Shown one piece after another: positions 45,337-54,820 of a DNA stretch of 64,000 nt. Source of the stretch: a virus; IMG/VR virus record IMGVR_UViG_3300027835_000143, positions 1 through 64,000 of that record, one strand, 5' to 3'. The notes under the pieces were generated by a model, which made no database searches, was not told the origin of the DNA, and saw nothing but the letters and a program-made list of their open reading frames with translations. Within the stretch, counting starts at the first letter, position 1. Every line of letters begins with the position of its first letter. The position numbers and the translations under genes were made by a program.

Positions 45337-46023
45337 ATGGCAAAGACGCAGAAGCTGACGCGCGAGGAGAAGGCCGCGGCCGCGCAGGCGGAGCGGACGG
45401 CGAAATGGGTGGCGGACTTCAAGGCGCGCCAGGAGCGCGCACGCGGCCGTCGCCTCTACAGCGAGCGCGACGCCTGGGACGCCACTTGCGCGGGGGTGGC
45501 GCCGAAGGGCGCCCGGATCTACGACGCGACCGGGGCGCTCTGGGAGATGATGCGTGAGTGGAAGGACGCGACGGCCGACATCCGCCGGAAGATCCAGTAT
45601 GCGCAGGAGCGGCTGACGGAGTCGCTGGCACGCATGGACCGCGGCGAGCGCGCCGCGTATTACTCCGACGGCATCCTGTCCGGCCAGCTGGAGCTGGAGC
45701 GGCAGGAGCAGCGCGCGTGGACGCTGGCCGAGGCGGTCATACGGCTCGCCTACGCGACGAACTGGTACGTCCCGGACGTCCACCCGCAGCGGGAGCGGGA
45801 CCGGATAGACCTGCTGCGCCGCGTGACGGCCGTGCGAACGGCCGGCGGGGAGTGGATCCTGCGGCGCGACGACGACGATGCGACGCGGTGGTTCGACGGC
45901 GCGGCGATGAAGTGGGTGTCTACCGCCGAGATCGACGAGGAACGTGGACGCGAAACCGCCTACGCCGACGAACTGTCGGCGCTCCGCGCGTTCGCCGCGC
46001 TCGTTGGTGACCGCGCGGAGTGA
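45337..46023 (+). CDS. hypothetical protein
   Basis: Strong RBS; coiled coil. Confidence 0.65.
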   Translation: MAKTQKLTREEKAAAAQAERTAKWVADFKARQERARGRRLYSERDAWDATCAGVAPKGARIYDATGALWEMMREWKDATADIRRKIQYAQERLTESLARMDRGERAAYYSDGILSGQLELERQEQRAWTLAEAVIRLAYATNWYVPDVHPQRERDRIDLLRRVTAVRTAGGEWILRRDDDDATRWFDGAAMKWVSTAEIDEERGRETAYADELSALRAFAALVGDRAE

Positions 46024-46036
46024 AGGGAGGTAGGCG

Positions 46037-46315
46037 ATGATGCAGCAATGGGACCGGACCTGCACGACGCTCGACCACGTCTATCCGGCGACAGTACCGG
46101 GCACGCCGTGCCACTGCGGGAAGCGGACGTGGGCCGGCGCGCCGCGTTCGCAGGCGGCGAGGCGGCTCGCCTCCGGCACGGCCGTCGCGATCCGGGCGAC
46201 CGGCGAGCGGACGCACGTCGCCGAGGTCGTATCGGACAGCGGCGACGTCGTCTACCGCGTCGCGCGGGAGAAGGGACGGACGCTGTTCGACCGCGACGAA
46301 CTGGAGATCGTATGA
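46037..46315 (+). CDS. hypothetical protein
   Basis: GGAGG RBS. Confidence 0.55.
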   Translation: MMQQWDRTCTTLDHVYPATVPGTPCHCGKRTWAGAPRSQAARRLASGTAVAIRATGERTHVAEVVSDSGDVVYRVAREKGRTLFDRDELEIV

Positions 46316-46497
46316 GTAGCAAACTGAAACCGGTGCACATGCGCGCGTACAAGGCGCCCACGCGGAGCTGGGAGGGCACGCTCTGCGGCAGGCCGCTCGG
46401 CGACCTGACGTTCACGACGAATACGCGGTACGTCACGTGCCGCACGTGCCGGCGGTCACTGCGCACGAAACCGGAATACCGCGAGGCGCGGCCGTGA
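46312..46497 (+). CDS. small Zn-finger protein
   Basis: H..TLCG..VTCRTC. Confidence 0.55.
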   Translation: MSSKLKPVHMRAYKAPTRSWEGTLCGRPLGDLTFTTNTRYVTCRTCRRSLRTKPEYREARP

Positions 46498-46664
46498 CCG
46501 CCGAGAATCTGCTCGGCATCGGCACTGTCGCCAGCTCGCTCATCGGCATCGCTGCGCGCGAGTGCGGCCTGCGGCGGCTCGCCTCGGCGGCCGGCTACGT
46601 CACGCTCTGGCAGTTCGGCGTCCTGACGCTGCTGCTGCTGTTCGACTAGGGAAGGAGTGGGACC

Positions 46665-46919
46665 ATGACAGGGAAGACTCCGCAGGAGCGCCTGCGCGAC
46701 GCCGCGACGGAGGTCGAGGCGGCGCTCAAGGGGCTCGACATACGGGAGCACGCCTGCGAGTGCTGCAAGACGCGGCGGTTCGACAACTTCGCCCACGCGA
46801 AGGCGTACGCCGCGCTGAAGGAGACGCCGGCGAAGCTGCGCGACGCGGCCTCGCGGCTCGACGAGAAGGACGTCCATACGCGCCGAGACGGCGCCATCGA
46901 TGAGAGGAGCCCATCATGA
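46665..46919 (+). CDS. hypothetical protein
   Basis: AGGAG RBS; CECC. Confidence 0.55.
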   Translation: MTGKTPQERLRDAATEVEAALKGLDIREHACECCKTRRFDNFAHAKAYAALKETPAKLRDAASRLDEKDVHTRRDGAIDERSPS

Positions 46920-47959
46920 CCGGAGCCTGTGCACGACCCACGGAACTCTACGCCCTCGTCCGCGCCGCGATCGCGGCGCGCCTGCCGGTGCTCGTCACCG
47001 GCGCGCCTGGGCTCGGCAAGTCGCAGATCGTCGAGGCGGCGGCGGCGGCGGAGGGCGCCGACATGATCCTCTCCCATCCGGCCGTCGCGGACCCGACGGA
47101 TGCGAAGGGGCTGCCGTGGCCATCGCCGGAGGGCGACTGCGCGACGTTCCTCCCGTTCGGCGAGCTGGCGCGGGCGCTCAAGGCGACGAAGCCGACGGTC
47201 TGGTTCCTGGACGACCTCGGCCAGGCGCCGCCGAGCGTGCAGGCCAGCTTCATGCAGCTCCTGCTCGCGCGGCGCGTCAACGGGCACGCGCTGCCGGACT
47301 GCGTGACGTTCGTCGCGGCGACGAACCGGCGGACGGACCGCGCGGGCGTCAGCGGGATCCTGGAGCCGGTGAAGAGCCGGTTCGCGTTCATCGTGGAGCT
47401 GACGGCGCACATCGACGACTGGTGCGCGTGGGCGTTCGGGCACGGCATCCCGCCGGAACTGATCGCGTTCCTGCGGTTCCGCACCGAGTTGCTCTGCGAC
47501 TTCAAGGCGAGTGCGGACCTGACGAACTCGCCGCTCCCGCGCACCTGGGCGCACGCGGCGCGGATCCTAGCGCTCGGCCTGCCGCGCGGGATCGAGCAGG
47601 CGGCGCTCTGCGGCGCCGTCGGCGAGGGGGCGGCGGTCGAGTTCTCGGCCTTCCGGCGGTTCTTCGCCGAGATGCCGAACATCGACGAGATCCTCCGCGA
47701 CCCGGACAGGGTGGCGGTCCCTGACCGGCCGGAGACGCTCTACGCCATCGTGACGGCGCTCGGCATGCGGGCGACGACGGCGAACTTCCCGAAGGTCGGG
47801 CGGTACGCGGAGCGGCTCGTCGCGGCGAAGCACGGCGAGTTCGCCGCGCTGCTGCTGCGCGACATCGTCGCGCGCGACGCCGGGGTCATGCAGTCGCCGA
47901 CGTTCGTCAAGCTGGCCGCCGGGCCGCTCGGCGAGCTGATCGATGGGAGCAAGGCGTAG
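46916..47959 (+). CDS. MoxR-like AAA+ ATPase
   Basis: GAPGLGKS, DAKGLP, FLDDLGQA, AATNR, SRF, PRTW. Confidence 0.9.
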   Translation: MTGACARPTELYALVRAAIAARLPVLVTGAPGLGKSQIVEAAAAAEGADMILSHPAVADPTDAKGLPWPSPEGDCATFLPFGELARALKATKPTVWFLDDLGQAPPSVQASFMQLLLARRVNGHALPDCVTFVAATNRRTDRAGVSGILEPVKSRFAFIVELTAHIDDWCAWAFGHGIPPELIAFLRFRTELLCDFKASADLTNSPLPRTWAHAARILALGLPRGIEQAALCGAVGEGAAVEFSAFRRFFAEMPNIDEILRDPDRVAVPDRPETLYAIVTALGMRATTANFPKVGRYAERLVAAKHGEFAALLLRDIVARDAGVMQSPTFVKLAAGPLGELIDGSKA

Positions 47960-47998
47960 AGCCGCGGCAATCCGGCCGCCATGAAGGAGGGTAGGGCG

Positions 47999-48907
47999 AT
48001 GACGAACTACGCAGAGGTGAACGCGCGCGCGCTGCTCGTGAGCCTGCACGTCGCGGTCTGGGGTGCGCAGCGGTTCGACCGCGCCGTCAGCGACGCGGTC
48101 ACGGACGGGAAGCACGCGGACAGGAGCAGCGGCCGGTTCAACAAGCACCTGTTCGGGACGACGCGCGCCGGGCGCGGGCACGCGCCGGAATTCTTCGCCG
48201 TGATCGACGCGGCCGACCGGCTGCGCAACCTTCACGACCGCGAGACGCTGCCGTGGTCCAAGCGCGCCGGCGAGCGGCTGCTGCCGGTGACGAACTACTT
48301 CGACTACATGGCGAAGGTCCGCGCGGCCGGCGGCGAGTTTGAGTTGGCCGTCGAGGCGCTCATCGCCGCGTACCCACGGCTGCAGGAGGCGGCGCGGACG
48401 CGGCTCGCCGGCCTCTACCGCGCGGAGGACTTCGTCGCGCGGGCAGACCTCCGGTGGCGGTTCCACTACGAGGTCGAGGTGACGCCGGTGCCCGGAGGCG
48501 GCGACGTCCGGCTCGACCTGCCGCAGGACCAGATCCGGCAGATCGAGGCGGCGCTGACGGAGCGCATGGAGCGGACGACGCGCGAGGCGATGCGGGACGC
48601 CTGGGCGCGGCTGCACGAGGCCGTCACGCGCATCGCGCGGGCGAGCGGCGAGGGCGGGATCGTCCGGGAGTCGCTGCTCGAGAACGCGCGGATGGTCTGC
48701 GACGTCCTCCAGCGCCTGAACGTCGCCCAGGACGCGGACCTGGAGCAGATGCGGCGCCGCGTCGAAGCCGAGCTGACTGTCCTTTCGCTCGAGGACCTGC
48801 GGACGAACGACCGGCTGCGGACGGACACGGAGAGCAGGGCGCAGGCGATCCTGGCGCAGATGGCCCAGTTCTACGCGCCGGTGAAGGCCGATGCCATCCA
48901 CGCGTGA
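47999..48907 (+). CDS. DUF3150-like protein
   Basis: LVSLHVAVW, GRFNKHL, TLPW, YP; typical position between MoxR ATPase and VWA genes. Confidence 0.6.
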   Translation: MTNYAEVNARALLVSLHVAVWGAQRFDRAVSDAVTDGKHADRSSGRFNKHLFGTTRAGRGHAPEFFAVIDAADRLRNLHDRETLPWSKRAGERLLPVTNYFDYMAKVRAAGGEFELAVEALIAAYPRLQEAARTRLAGLYRAEDFVARADLRWRFHYEVEVTPVPGGGDVRLDLPQDQIRQIEAALTERMERTTREAMRDAWARLHEAVTRIARASGEGGIVRESLLENARMVCDVLQRLNVAQDADLEQMRRRVEAELTVLSLEDLRTNDRLRTDTESRAQAILAQMAQFYAPVKADAIHA

Positions 48908-49177
48908 GCCGAAGGAGAAGGTCGGCCTCGCCCTGTGGCCGAAGCTGAAGCCGCACAACATCACCCTGCGTGCTCCGGTTCACGGGTCGCGAGCCTTACG
49001 GCTCGTCCAGCGGGAGCACGGGACGCGCCACCGGAGAGCCGGTGGCGCGTGCGATAGCCTCGCGGCCGAGATCCGCAGGCAGATGATGAGGGACGAGCCG
49101 ATGGCATTGTCGGCGGTGCGGACGGCCGTCGCGCGCACGGCGCGGCGGCTGCGCAATCTGATGAGGGAGGGGACATC

Positions 49178-50323
49178 ATGACCAGGAAGCAGGTGACCGC
49201 AGACGACATCGTTCGGCGCGCGCGGACGGCGCTCATCCTCGACCACCCGTTCTTCGGCGCGCTCGCGCTCCGGCTGACGCTCGTCGAGAGCACGGAGCGG
49301 CCGACCGCGTGGACGGACGGCAAGATCCTCGGCTACAACCCGGACTTCATCGCGACGCTCCCGTTCGCGGAGGTCGTCGGCGTGATGGCGCATGAGGTCA
49401 TGCACTGCGCCTGCGGCCACCCGTGGCGGCGCGACGGGCGCGAGCCGCAGAAGGCGAACGTCGCGATGGACTACGCCATCAACTGGGAGATCGAGCAGTG
49501 CGGCCTGAAGCTCCAGGCGGGCCGGCTGCGCGAGGCGGCGTACGACGGCAAGTCGTTCGAATGGATCTACAACCGCCTGCCGGACGCGCGGCAGCGGAAG
49601 GGCGGCGGAATGCCGGGCGGCGGAATGCCTGGTGCGGGCGGCGAGGACGTCGTCGACGCGGTGACCGGCGCTGCTGGCGCCGAGGGTGCGACGGAGGCAG
49701 ACTGGCAGCAAGCCGTCCAGCAGGCGGCGGCGGCGGCGAAGATGCGCGGCGACCTGCCGGCGTCGCTGGACCGGTTCGCGAAGGCGGCAGTGGAGCCGCG
49801 CATCGACTGGAAGTCGGTCCTCAGGCGGTTCGTCCAGCAGGCCGCCAAGAACGACTACAACTGGACGCGGCCGTCCGCGCGGTACCTCGCGCGCGGCCTC
49901 TACCTGCCGTCGCTGCGGAGCGAGGCGATGGGGCCGATCGCGGTCGCGGTCGACACGAGCGGCAGCATCGACCAGGTGACGCTCGACGCGTTCGCGGCGG
50001 AGATCAACGCCGTCGCGAGCGAGGCGCAGCCGGAGCGCGTCGTCGTCCTCTACTGCGACGCGCGGGTCCACCGGACGGACGTCTTCGAGCGGGACGAGCC
50101 GGTCGAGATGCATCCCTGCGGCGGCGGCGGGACGTCGCACAGGCCGGTGATGGACGCCGTGGACGCGATGCCGGAGCCGCCTGTCTGCCTGATCTGCCTG
50201 ACGGACCTGATGACGGAGCACCGGGCGCAGCCGCCGGAGATGCCGGTGCTGTGGGCGACGACGTCGATGGCGTGGGCCGACAGGGTGCCGTACGGCGAAG
50301 TCGTGAGCCTCGAACGCGTATGA
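49178..50323 (+). CDS. metallopeptidase-VWA protein (DUF2201-like)
   Basis: PFFGAL, TAWTDG, AHEVMH (HExxH), VDTSGS MIDAS, GGGGT. Confidence 0.9.
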   Translation: MTRKQVTADDIVRRARTALILDHPFFGALALRLTLVESTERPTAWTDGKILGYNPDFIATLPFAEVVGVMAHEVMHCACGHPWRRDGREPQKANVAMDYAINWEIEQCGLKLQAGRLREAAYDGKSFEWIYNRLPDARQRKGGGMPGGGMPGAGGEDVVDAVTGAAGAEGATEADWQQAVQQAAAAAKMRGDLPASLDRFAKAAVEPRIDWKSVLRRFVQQAAKNDYNWTRPSARYLARGLYLPSLRSEAMGPIAVAVDTSGSIDQVTLDAFAAEINAVASEAQPERVVVLYCDARVHRTDVFERDEPVEMHPCGGGGTSHRPVMDAVDAMPEPPVCLICLTDLMTEHRAQPPEMPVLWATTSMAWADRVPYGEVVSLERV

Positions 50324-50589
50324 CGTGCTGGCAGAATCGCCGCCAGCCGATGTCGTCGCGGCGATCAGGGATTGATTTACGGACAGGAGGCGCGAATGTG
50401 CAGGACATGGAACGACCACGAGTGGGGTGAGCCGCGCGTCGTCGCGGCCGGACGGCATCCGACGCAGGGCTACTGGCAGCGGGTCTCCTGCCGCTGCACG
50501 CGCGACGGGTGCGACCGCGAGCTGACCGTGACGCACTGGCCGACGCCATCGAGCGTACGGCCGGAACCGCAACAGACGGGAGGGGACGC

Positions 50590-51354
50590 ATGACGCGAAC
50601 AGGAAACGAGGCTGCGGTCGCGCTCACACAGGAGATCGCGGAAGTATTCGCGGCGCACGGGGCGACGCTATGCCGGCCGTCGGTCGTCGAGGACAACGGG
50701 CAGTGGACGCTCCAGGTGACGTTCGTGGCGCAGACGACCGAGGCCGCGCTGGAGATCCTCGAACTCGCGACGGCGCTGCGGCGCGTGCAGGACGTCGCGC
50801 AGATCCGTGGGTTCGCTGAGACGTATGGCATCGAACCATGGAAGCTGGAGGCGCTGCTGCCTGACGCCGCGCGGGCCGGGCTCAAAGAACTGCGCACGCA
50901 GCATTCTGCGGCCGGCGACGACCGCGTGCGCGAGATCGTGGCTGAGATCGCCGAGACGTTCCGCTGCTTCGGCGACGGCGTAATCGATGCCGCCTCCGAC
51001 CCGGTCATGGCGGCTGCGGCCGCGCAGCAGCCGTTCTTCGCAGCCGGCGTTGACATCGCGCAGGTCGTCCGGTTCGTCCTTGAGCGATTGGAGGCCGGCA
51101 ATGGTGCAGCGCGGGTGCCGTCGGCAGGTAGGTTAGGAGCAGGCCGAGCACCTCGTTGGTGTCCCTATGCGAAACGGAAACTGCTCGGCGACCTCGAACG
51201 GGCCGCCGAGCACAACGCCTCGCTGATGGAGACAGTACGGCGCCTGCGGGCGCGGCTCGCCGAGCGGCTCACGGCGGCCGGGACTCGACCGGACTGGAAG
51301 GCGCCACCGGTCGCCACCCATGATGTCGGTCAGAAGAATGGAGACGGCCTATGA
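50590..51354 (+). CDS. hypothetical protein
   Basis: Coupled ORF. Confidence 0.55.
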   Translation: MTRTGNEAAVALTQEIAEVFAAHGATLCRPSVVEDNGQWTLQVTFVAQTTEAALEILELATALRRVQDVAQIRGFAETYGIEPWKLEALLPDAARAGLKELRTQHSAAGDDRVREIVAEIAETFRCFGDGVIDAASDPVMAAAAAQQPFFAAGVDIAQVVRFVLERLEAGNGAARVPSAGRLGAGRAPRWCPYAKRKLLGDLERAAEHNASLMETVRRLRARLAERLTAAGTRPDWKAPPVATHDVGQKNGDGL

Positions 51355-51917
51355 ACCTAAAGGAACGCTCGGCCGTGCGCACGACGCGGAAGAAGTGCGC
51401 GCGCTGCGGGCGCACCGGCTGGTACCGGCCGCGGGAGCGGCGGTGCAAGCAGATGGAGCGGACCGCGATGGGCAAGACCGGGTACTGGTGCTATGGCGCC
51501 CTGGCGAAGGTCGTCACGGCTCGGAGGGCGCCGAGGCCCCTCGTGCCGCTGCTGGACCCGAGGCTCGGGATCGGGCAGGTGCTCGGCGAGGACTACCAGG
51601 CCCGCGTCGCGGCGGAGATCCTGCGGCGCGGCGCCACGCACCGGGTGAAGTATGGGAGGCAGCTCACGGCCGTACGGATCGCCACGGCGAAGCTCGCGAC
51701 GCGGATCAAGCGGCTGCAGACGGCGCTCCGCAAGCGGCAGCAGCAGGTCCGGCGGCTGGAGCGGCTGGCGACCCTGCCGGACGCGGAGGTCGAGGCCATA
51801 CGGCGCAGGGCCGAGACGGCCGCCAGGGTCCAGCAGGTCCGGCGGCGGCTCCTGAAGGCGTCTGGGCAGGCCGGGGCCGTGGACGCCTCGCGGCAGGCCG
51901 CCAGCGCGTCGCCGTAG
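51351..51917 (+). CDS. hypothetical basic coiled-coil protein with N-terminal Cys cluster
   Basis: CARCG..C..C. Confidence 0.55.
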   Translation: MNLKERSAVRTTRKKCARCGRTGWYRPRERRCKQMERTAMGKTGYWCYGALAKVVTARRAPRPLVPLLDPRLGIGQVLGEDYQARVAAEILRRGATHRVKYGRQLTAVRIATAKLATRIKRLQTALRKRQQQVRRLERLATLPDAEVEAIRRRAETAARVQQVRRRLLKASGQAGAVDASRQAASASP

Positions 51918-51991
51918 CGAGAGCCGGCAGGGCCGCGTAGGGTTATCCGGCCGGGAACCGCGCGCCTTAGAACGGCGCTAATAGCCTCAGA

Positions 51992-52007
51992 TGTTAGTCG
52001 CCTAACA
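51992..52007. promoter_or_regulatory. palindromic operator-like site
   Basis: TGTTAG-TCGC-CTAACA, intergenic; related copies at 44438 and 44975. Confidence 0.5.
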
Positions 52008-52057
52008 GCCGGCTGGCCTGGTGTATTAGAACGCTACAGGAGCGGAGGGAGGTGCTC

Positions 52058-52327
52058 ATGAGTGGGACGCTGCGCGTCCAGCGGCACCCGTGCGCGACAT
52101 GCATCTACCGGGCGGACTCGCCGCTGGACCTCCGGGCGCTGGAAGCGGCGATCGCGGACCCGCGCTGCGCCGGGTTCTTCGCCAACTTCCGCGTCTGCCA
52201 CCACAGCGCTGATGCGTGCTGCCGCGGATTCTGGGACAGGTACCGCGACGCCTTCACGCTCGGGCAGTTGGCGCAGCGGCTCGGCCTCGTCGAGTTCGTG
52301 CAGGACGACATAGGGAAGAAGGAGTGA
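52058..52327 (+). CDS. small Cys-rich protein
   Basis: PCATCIYR..VCHH..CCRG; strong RBS. Confidence 0.6.
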   Translation: MSGTLRVQRHPCATCIYRADSPLDLRALEAAIADPRCAGFFANFRVCHHSADACCRGFWDRYRDAFTLGQLAQRLGLVEFVQDDIGKKE

Positions 52328-52330
52328 GAC

Positions 52331-52555
52331 GTGACGATGATCTACATCGTGATGGTCGCGCGCGCGTTCTCCGGCGACAAGATCCTGGACGTCTTCGCCG
52401 ACGCGGACCTCGCGCGCCGCTGGATCGAGGTCGCCGCGCGGCTCGACGGCGTCCGGGGCGAGTGGCGGACCGGCGAGCACGGCGCGGTCTTCACCGACGG
52501 CATCGACGAGTGGCACGTGTTCCCGCGCGACCTGCGGGTGAGGGAGGAGGCGTGA
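52331..52555 (+). CDS. hypothetical protein
   Basis: AGGAG RBS. Confidence 0.5.
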   Translation: MTMIYIVMVARAFSGDKILDVFADADLARRWIEVAARLDGVRGEWRTGEHGAVFTDGIDEWHVFPRDLRVREEA

Positions 52556-52974
52556 TGGCGTCAGAAACGCGAGCGACGACTAAGAGGACGGCCGAACCGC
52601 AGTGGTATCCGGTGACCGACCTCGTCTTGTATGTGCACACGGCGAAAGCGGTCCGCGCAAATTCAGCGGTGCCAGCTGACCGAGTCCTGCTGGTAGTCGC
52701 GACCGGCGGAAAACAGTGCGAGGCATGGAAGTGCACGTGGACGCCGAAGGGTCTCGATCACCCGGCGTTCAAGAAGCCGTTACCGTTCACCGACGCAGGA
52801 CTGCGACGCGGAATGATTCGTGGCATCGCGCGAAACGGCAGCGAACCGACGGCAGTGTTCAAACCGGATTCATTCTATCGTCGGGTGACCGTGGCTCAGT
52901 TGAAAGGTGGCCAATATGGCGTTCGAGACGACGGCGGACCAGTCCGACTTCGAGGCGCGCGCGGACCGGATTGA
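52555..52974 (+). CDS. hypothetical protein
   Basis: GGAGG RBS; lower GC. Confidence 0.5.
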   Translation: MASETRATTKRTAEPQWYPVTDLVLYVHTAKAVRANSAVPADRVLLVVATGGKQCEAWKCTWTPKGLDHPAFKKPLPFTDAGLRRGMIRGIARNGSEPTAVFKPDSFYRRVTVAQLKGGQYGVRDDGGPVRLRGARGPD

Positions 52975-53125
52975 GGAGCTGTGCGCGCAGATCGACCGGC
53001 TGACGTGGACACTCCTTGACGCGCAGTCCCCGCTCGCGCACCGGCTGCGGAAGAACGCGAAGGACATCGAACTCGCCGTCGCGGACCTGCGCGCGCTGGC
53101 GCAGAAGGGAGGACGGCAGTCGTGA
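52916..53125 (+). CDS. hypothetical protein
   Basis: Helical small ORF. Confidence 0.45.
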   Translation: MAFETTADQSDFEARADRIEELCAQIDRLTWTLLDAQSPLAHRLRKNAKDIELAVADLRALAQKGGRQS

Positions 53126-53208
53126 GGAAGGGTTCGTGTACACCATCGGCTACCGACACGTCTGTCAGGTGATCATCACCCGATGAAACCGCAAGGAGGC
53201 GGACGAAA

Positions 53209-53613
53209 ATGGGATTTCGATTATCGAAGGCGCAAGCACGTGACTGGGATGAACGGTGTACGCAACTATCCAAGATTCAAGCTCTCGCCGAGAGCGAGTT
53301 TGCGACGCTGCTACAGGAGCTCGACATGATCGTGGCGCCGCTCAACGACCTAATCCGCCGCTACATCGACGCGGCTACTGAGGTGCGCACCCTTGCTGAA
53401 GCGATTGCAACAGAGCACCGCGAGAGTTACGACGAGCGTTCGGAGTAATGGCAGGAGAGTGATGTAGGACAGGCAGCGCTCGATTTTGTTGAAGCGTGGG
53501 AAAGTGTCGGAGATGCACTACAGGATGTCGAGGAGATCGAGATCGTCGCGCCAGACGAGCCCAGCTTCGCCGATCTGACCCTCGCTGACCTGCCGGAAGG
53601 AGCAGACCAATGA
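53209..53613 (+). pseudogene. phage helical protein interrupted by in-frame TAA at 53446-53448
   Basis: YDERSE*WQESDVGQ; frame stays open to TGA 53611-13, which overlaps the next ATG. Confidence 0.75.
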
Positions 53614-53942
53614 CACGGCCAATTGGCTATGACGCGCTGCCGAAGCGGTTCAAGACCTACATCGACGATCTAGAATCACAACTCCGGACGTTGGCAATGC
53701 AGGTTCCGGCTAGGAAGGCGGTCCAAGGTACGCAGCTCAAGCTCGTCGACCGCCTCTACCAAGGCAACGACGGCTATCTGTCGGATGATACGGAGTTCGC
53801 GTTCCTGATTGGAACTGATGAGTTCAGGGTCAAAGCGGCGCGGAATCACGGCGTCGACGGCGTCGAGGTGTCGTCACCGAGCGGGCCGCTCGTCGTCCAC
53901 CCGCGCGTCTCGAACGTCGTCGTGATCGGGGCGGCACCGTGA
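53610..53942 (+). CDS. hypothetical protein
   Basis: LPK..YIDDLE; LVVHPRVSNVV. Confidence 0.6.
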   Translation: MTRPIGYDALPKRFKTYIDDLESQLRTLAMQVPARKAVQGTQLKLVDRLYQGNDGYLSDDTEFAFLIGTDEFRVKAARNHGVDGVEVSSPSGPLVVHPRVSNVVVIGAAP

Positions 53943-54106
53943 GCCGGTCGCCGCTCGGCGCGCTCATCCGCCTGCTGACGGCCTCGGCGAAGGTCGCGCG
54001 GGACGTCAACGCCGTCGCGACCGGCCACGTCGCGCGGCGAGTCAGGAACAGGGCTATCGGCCGCGCGCTCGGACGCCTCGGCGTCTGGCGGCGGCTCTGG
54101 AGGTGA
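53939..54106 (+). CDS. small basic protein
   Basis: AKVARDVNAVATG..RRVRNRAIGR. Confidence 0.5.
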   Translation: MSRSPLGALIRLLTASAKVARDVNAVATGHVARRVRNRAIGRALGRLGVWRRLWR

Positions 54107-54110
54107 CGCG

Positions 54111-54341
54111 ATGACAGGACGACAGGACGTGCCGCTCTTGCTCCGTGACGGTTTCTTCGCATTCATGATCGCTATCAGCGTCGCGGTCGGCGTCGCGACC
54201 GGGGTGCTGCTGGCCTATCAGGTAGACGCTAACCAGCCGATCCTCGCGGCGATTAGCTGCGTTAGCATGCTGGCGCAGGCTGTGTTCGTCGCCTTCGAGG
54301 CGCACTTGTGGAGGCGGGCGCGGAGCCTGCGCGGCCGGTGA
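54111..54341 (+). CDS. two-TM membrane protein
   Basis: Two hydrophobic helices; GGAGG RBS. Confidence 0.55.
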   Translation: MTGRQDVPLLLRDGFFAFMIAISVAVGVATGVLLAYQVDANQPILAAISCVSMLAQAVFVAFEAHLWRRARSLRGR

Positions 54342-54820
54342 GGGTCGGCTTCACGGGCACGCGACGCGGCATGTCGCAGCCGCAGAAGGACCAGCTTGCG
54401 TTCGTGCTCGGCATCTGCTGCCTGCCGCCCGGGCAGGAGTTCCATTACGGTACGCACGAGTCCGCGGTGCTGCTCGCGGACGTCGAGGCGGCGACGATCG
54501 CGGCCTCGTTCGGGTTCCGGCTCCGGCCGCATTACGCGCGGTCCGGCGAGGAACTGCAGCGCGACATGGAACAGGTCGCCTCGGTCGATCTCTTAATCGC
54601 CGCACCGCTGACGGACAGGGAGAAGATCCGGAGCGACACGTGGGCGACGGTACGGCGGGCGCGCGCGGCGCGGAAGCCGGTCGTCATGCTCTCGCGCGGC
54701 GACGCGGCCAGGCGCGCCGCGCCGCCTGACCATCTCCGCCTGGAACTCGTTAAGCGACTGACGGGAGGACGTCATGGCGGACCGCGACTTACGACCGACG
54801 TCACGCACCACACGGATTGA
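54338..54820 (+). CDS. SLOG/DprA-like nucleotide-binding protein
   Basis: VGFTGTRRGM, FHYG..AD, RD..QV..DLLIAAP, SDTWATVRRA. Confidence 0.65.
   Translation: MRVGFTGTRRGMSQPQKDQLAFVLGICCLPPGQEFHYGTHESAVLLADVEAATIAASFGFRLRPHYARSGEELQRDMEQVASVDLLIAAPLTDREKIRSDTWATVRRARAARKPVVMLSRGDAARRAAPPDHLRLELVKRLTGGRHGGPRLTTDVTHHTD

Noticed and set aside
53446-53448. Stop-codon reassignment
   Set aside because: Only one in-frame TAA was seen; TAA, TAG and TGA all end bona fide genes elsewhere (e.g. the capsid gene ends in TAA)
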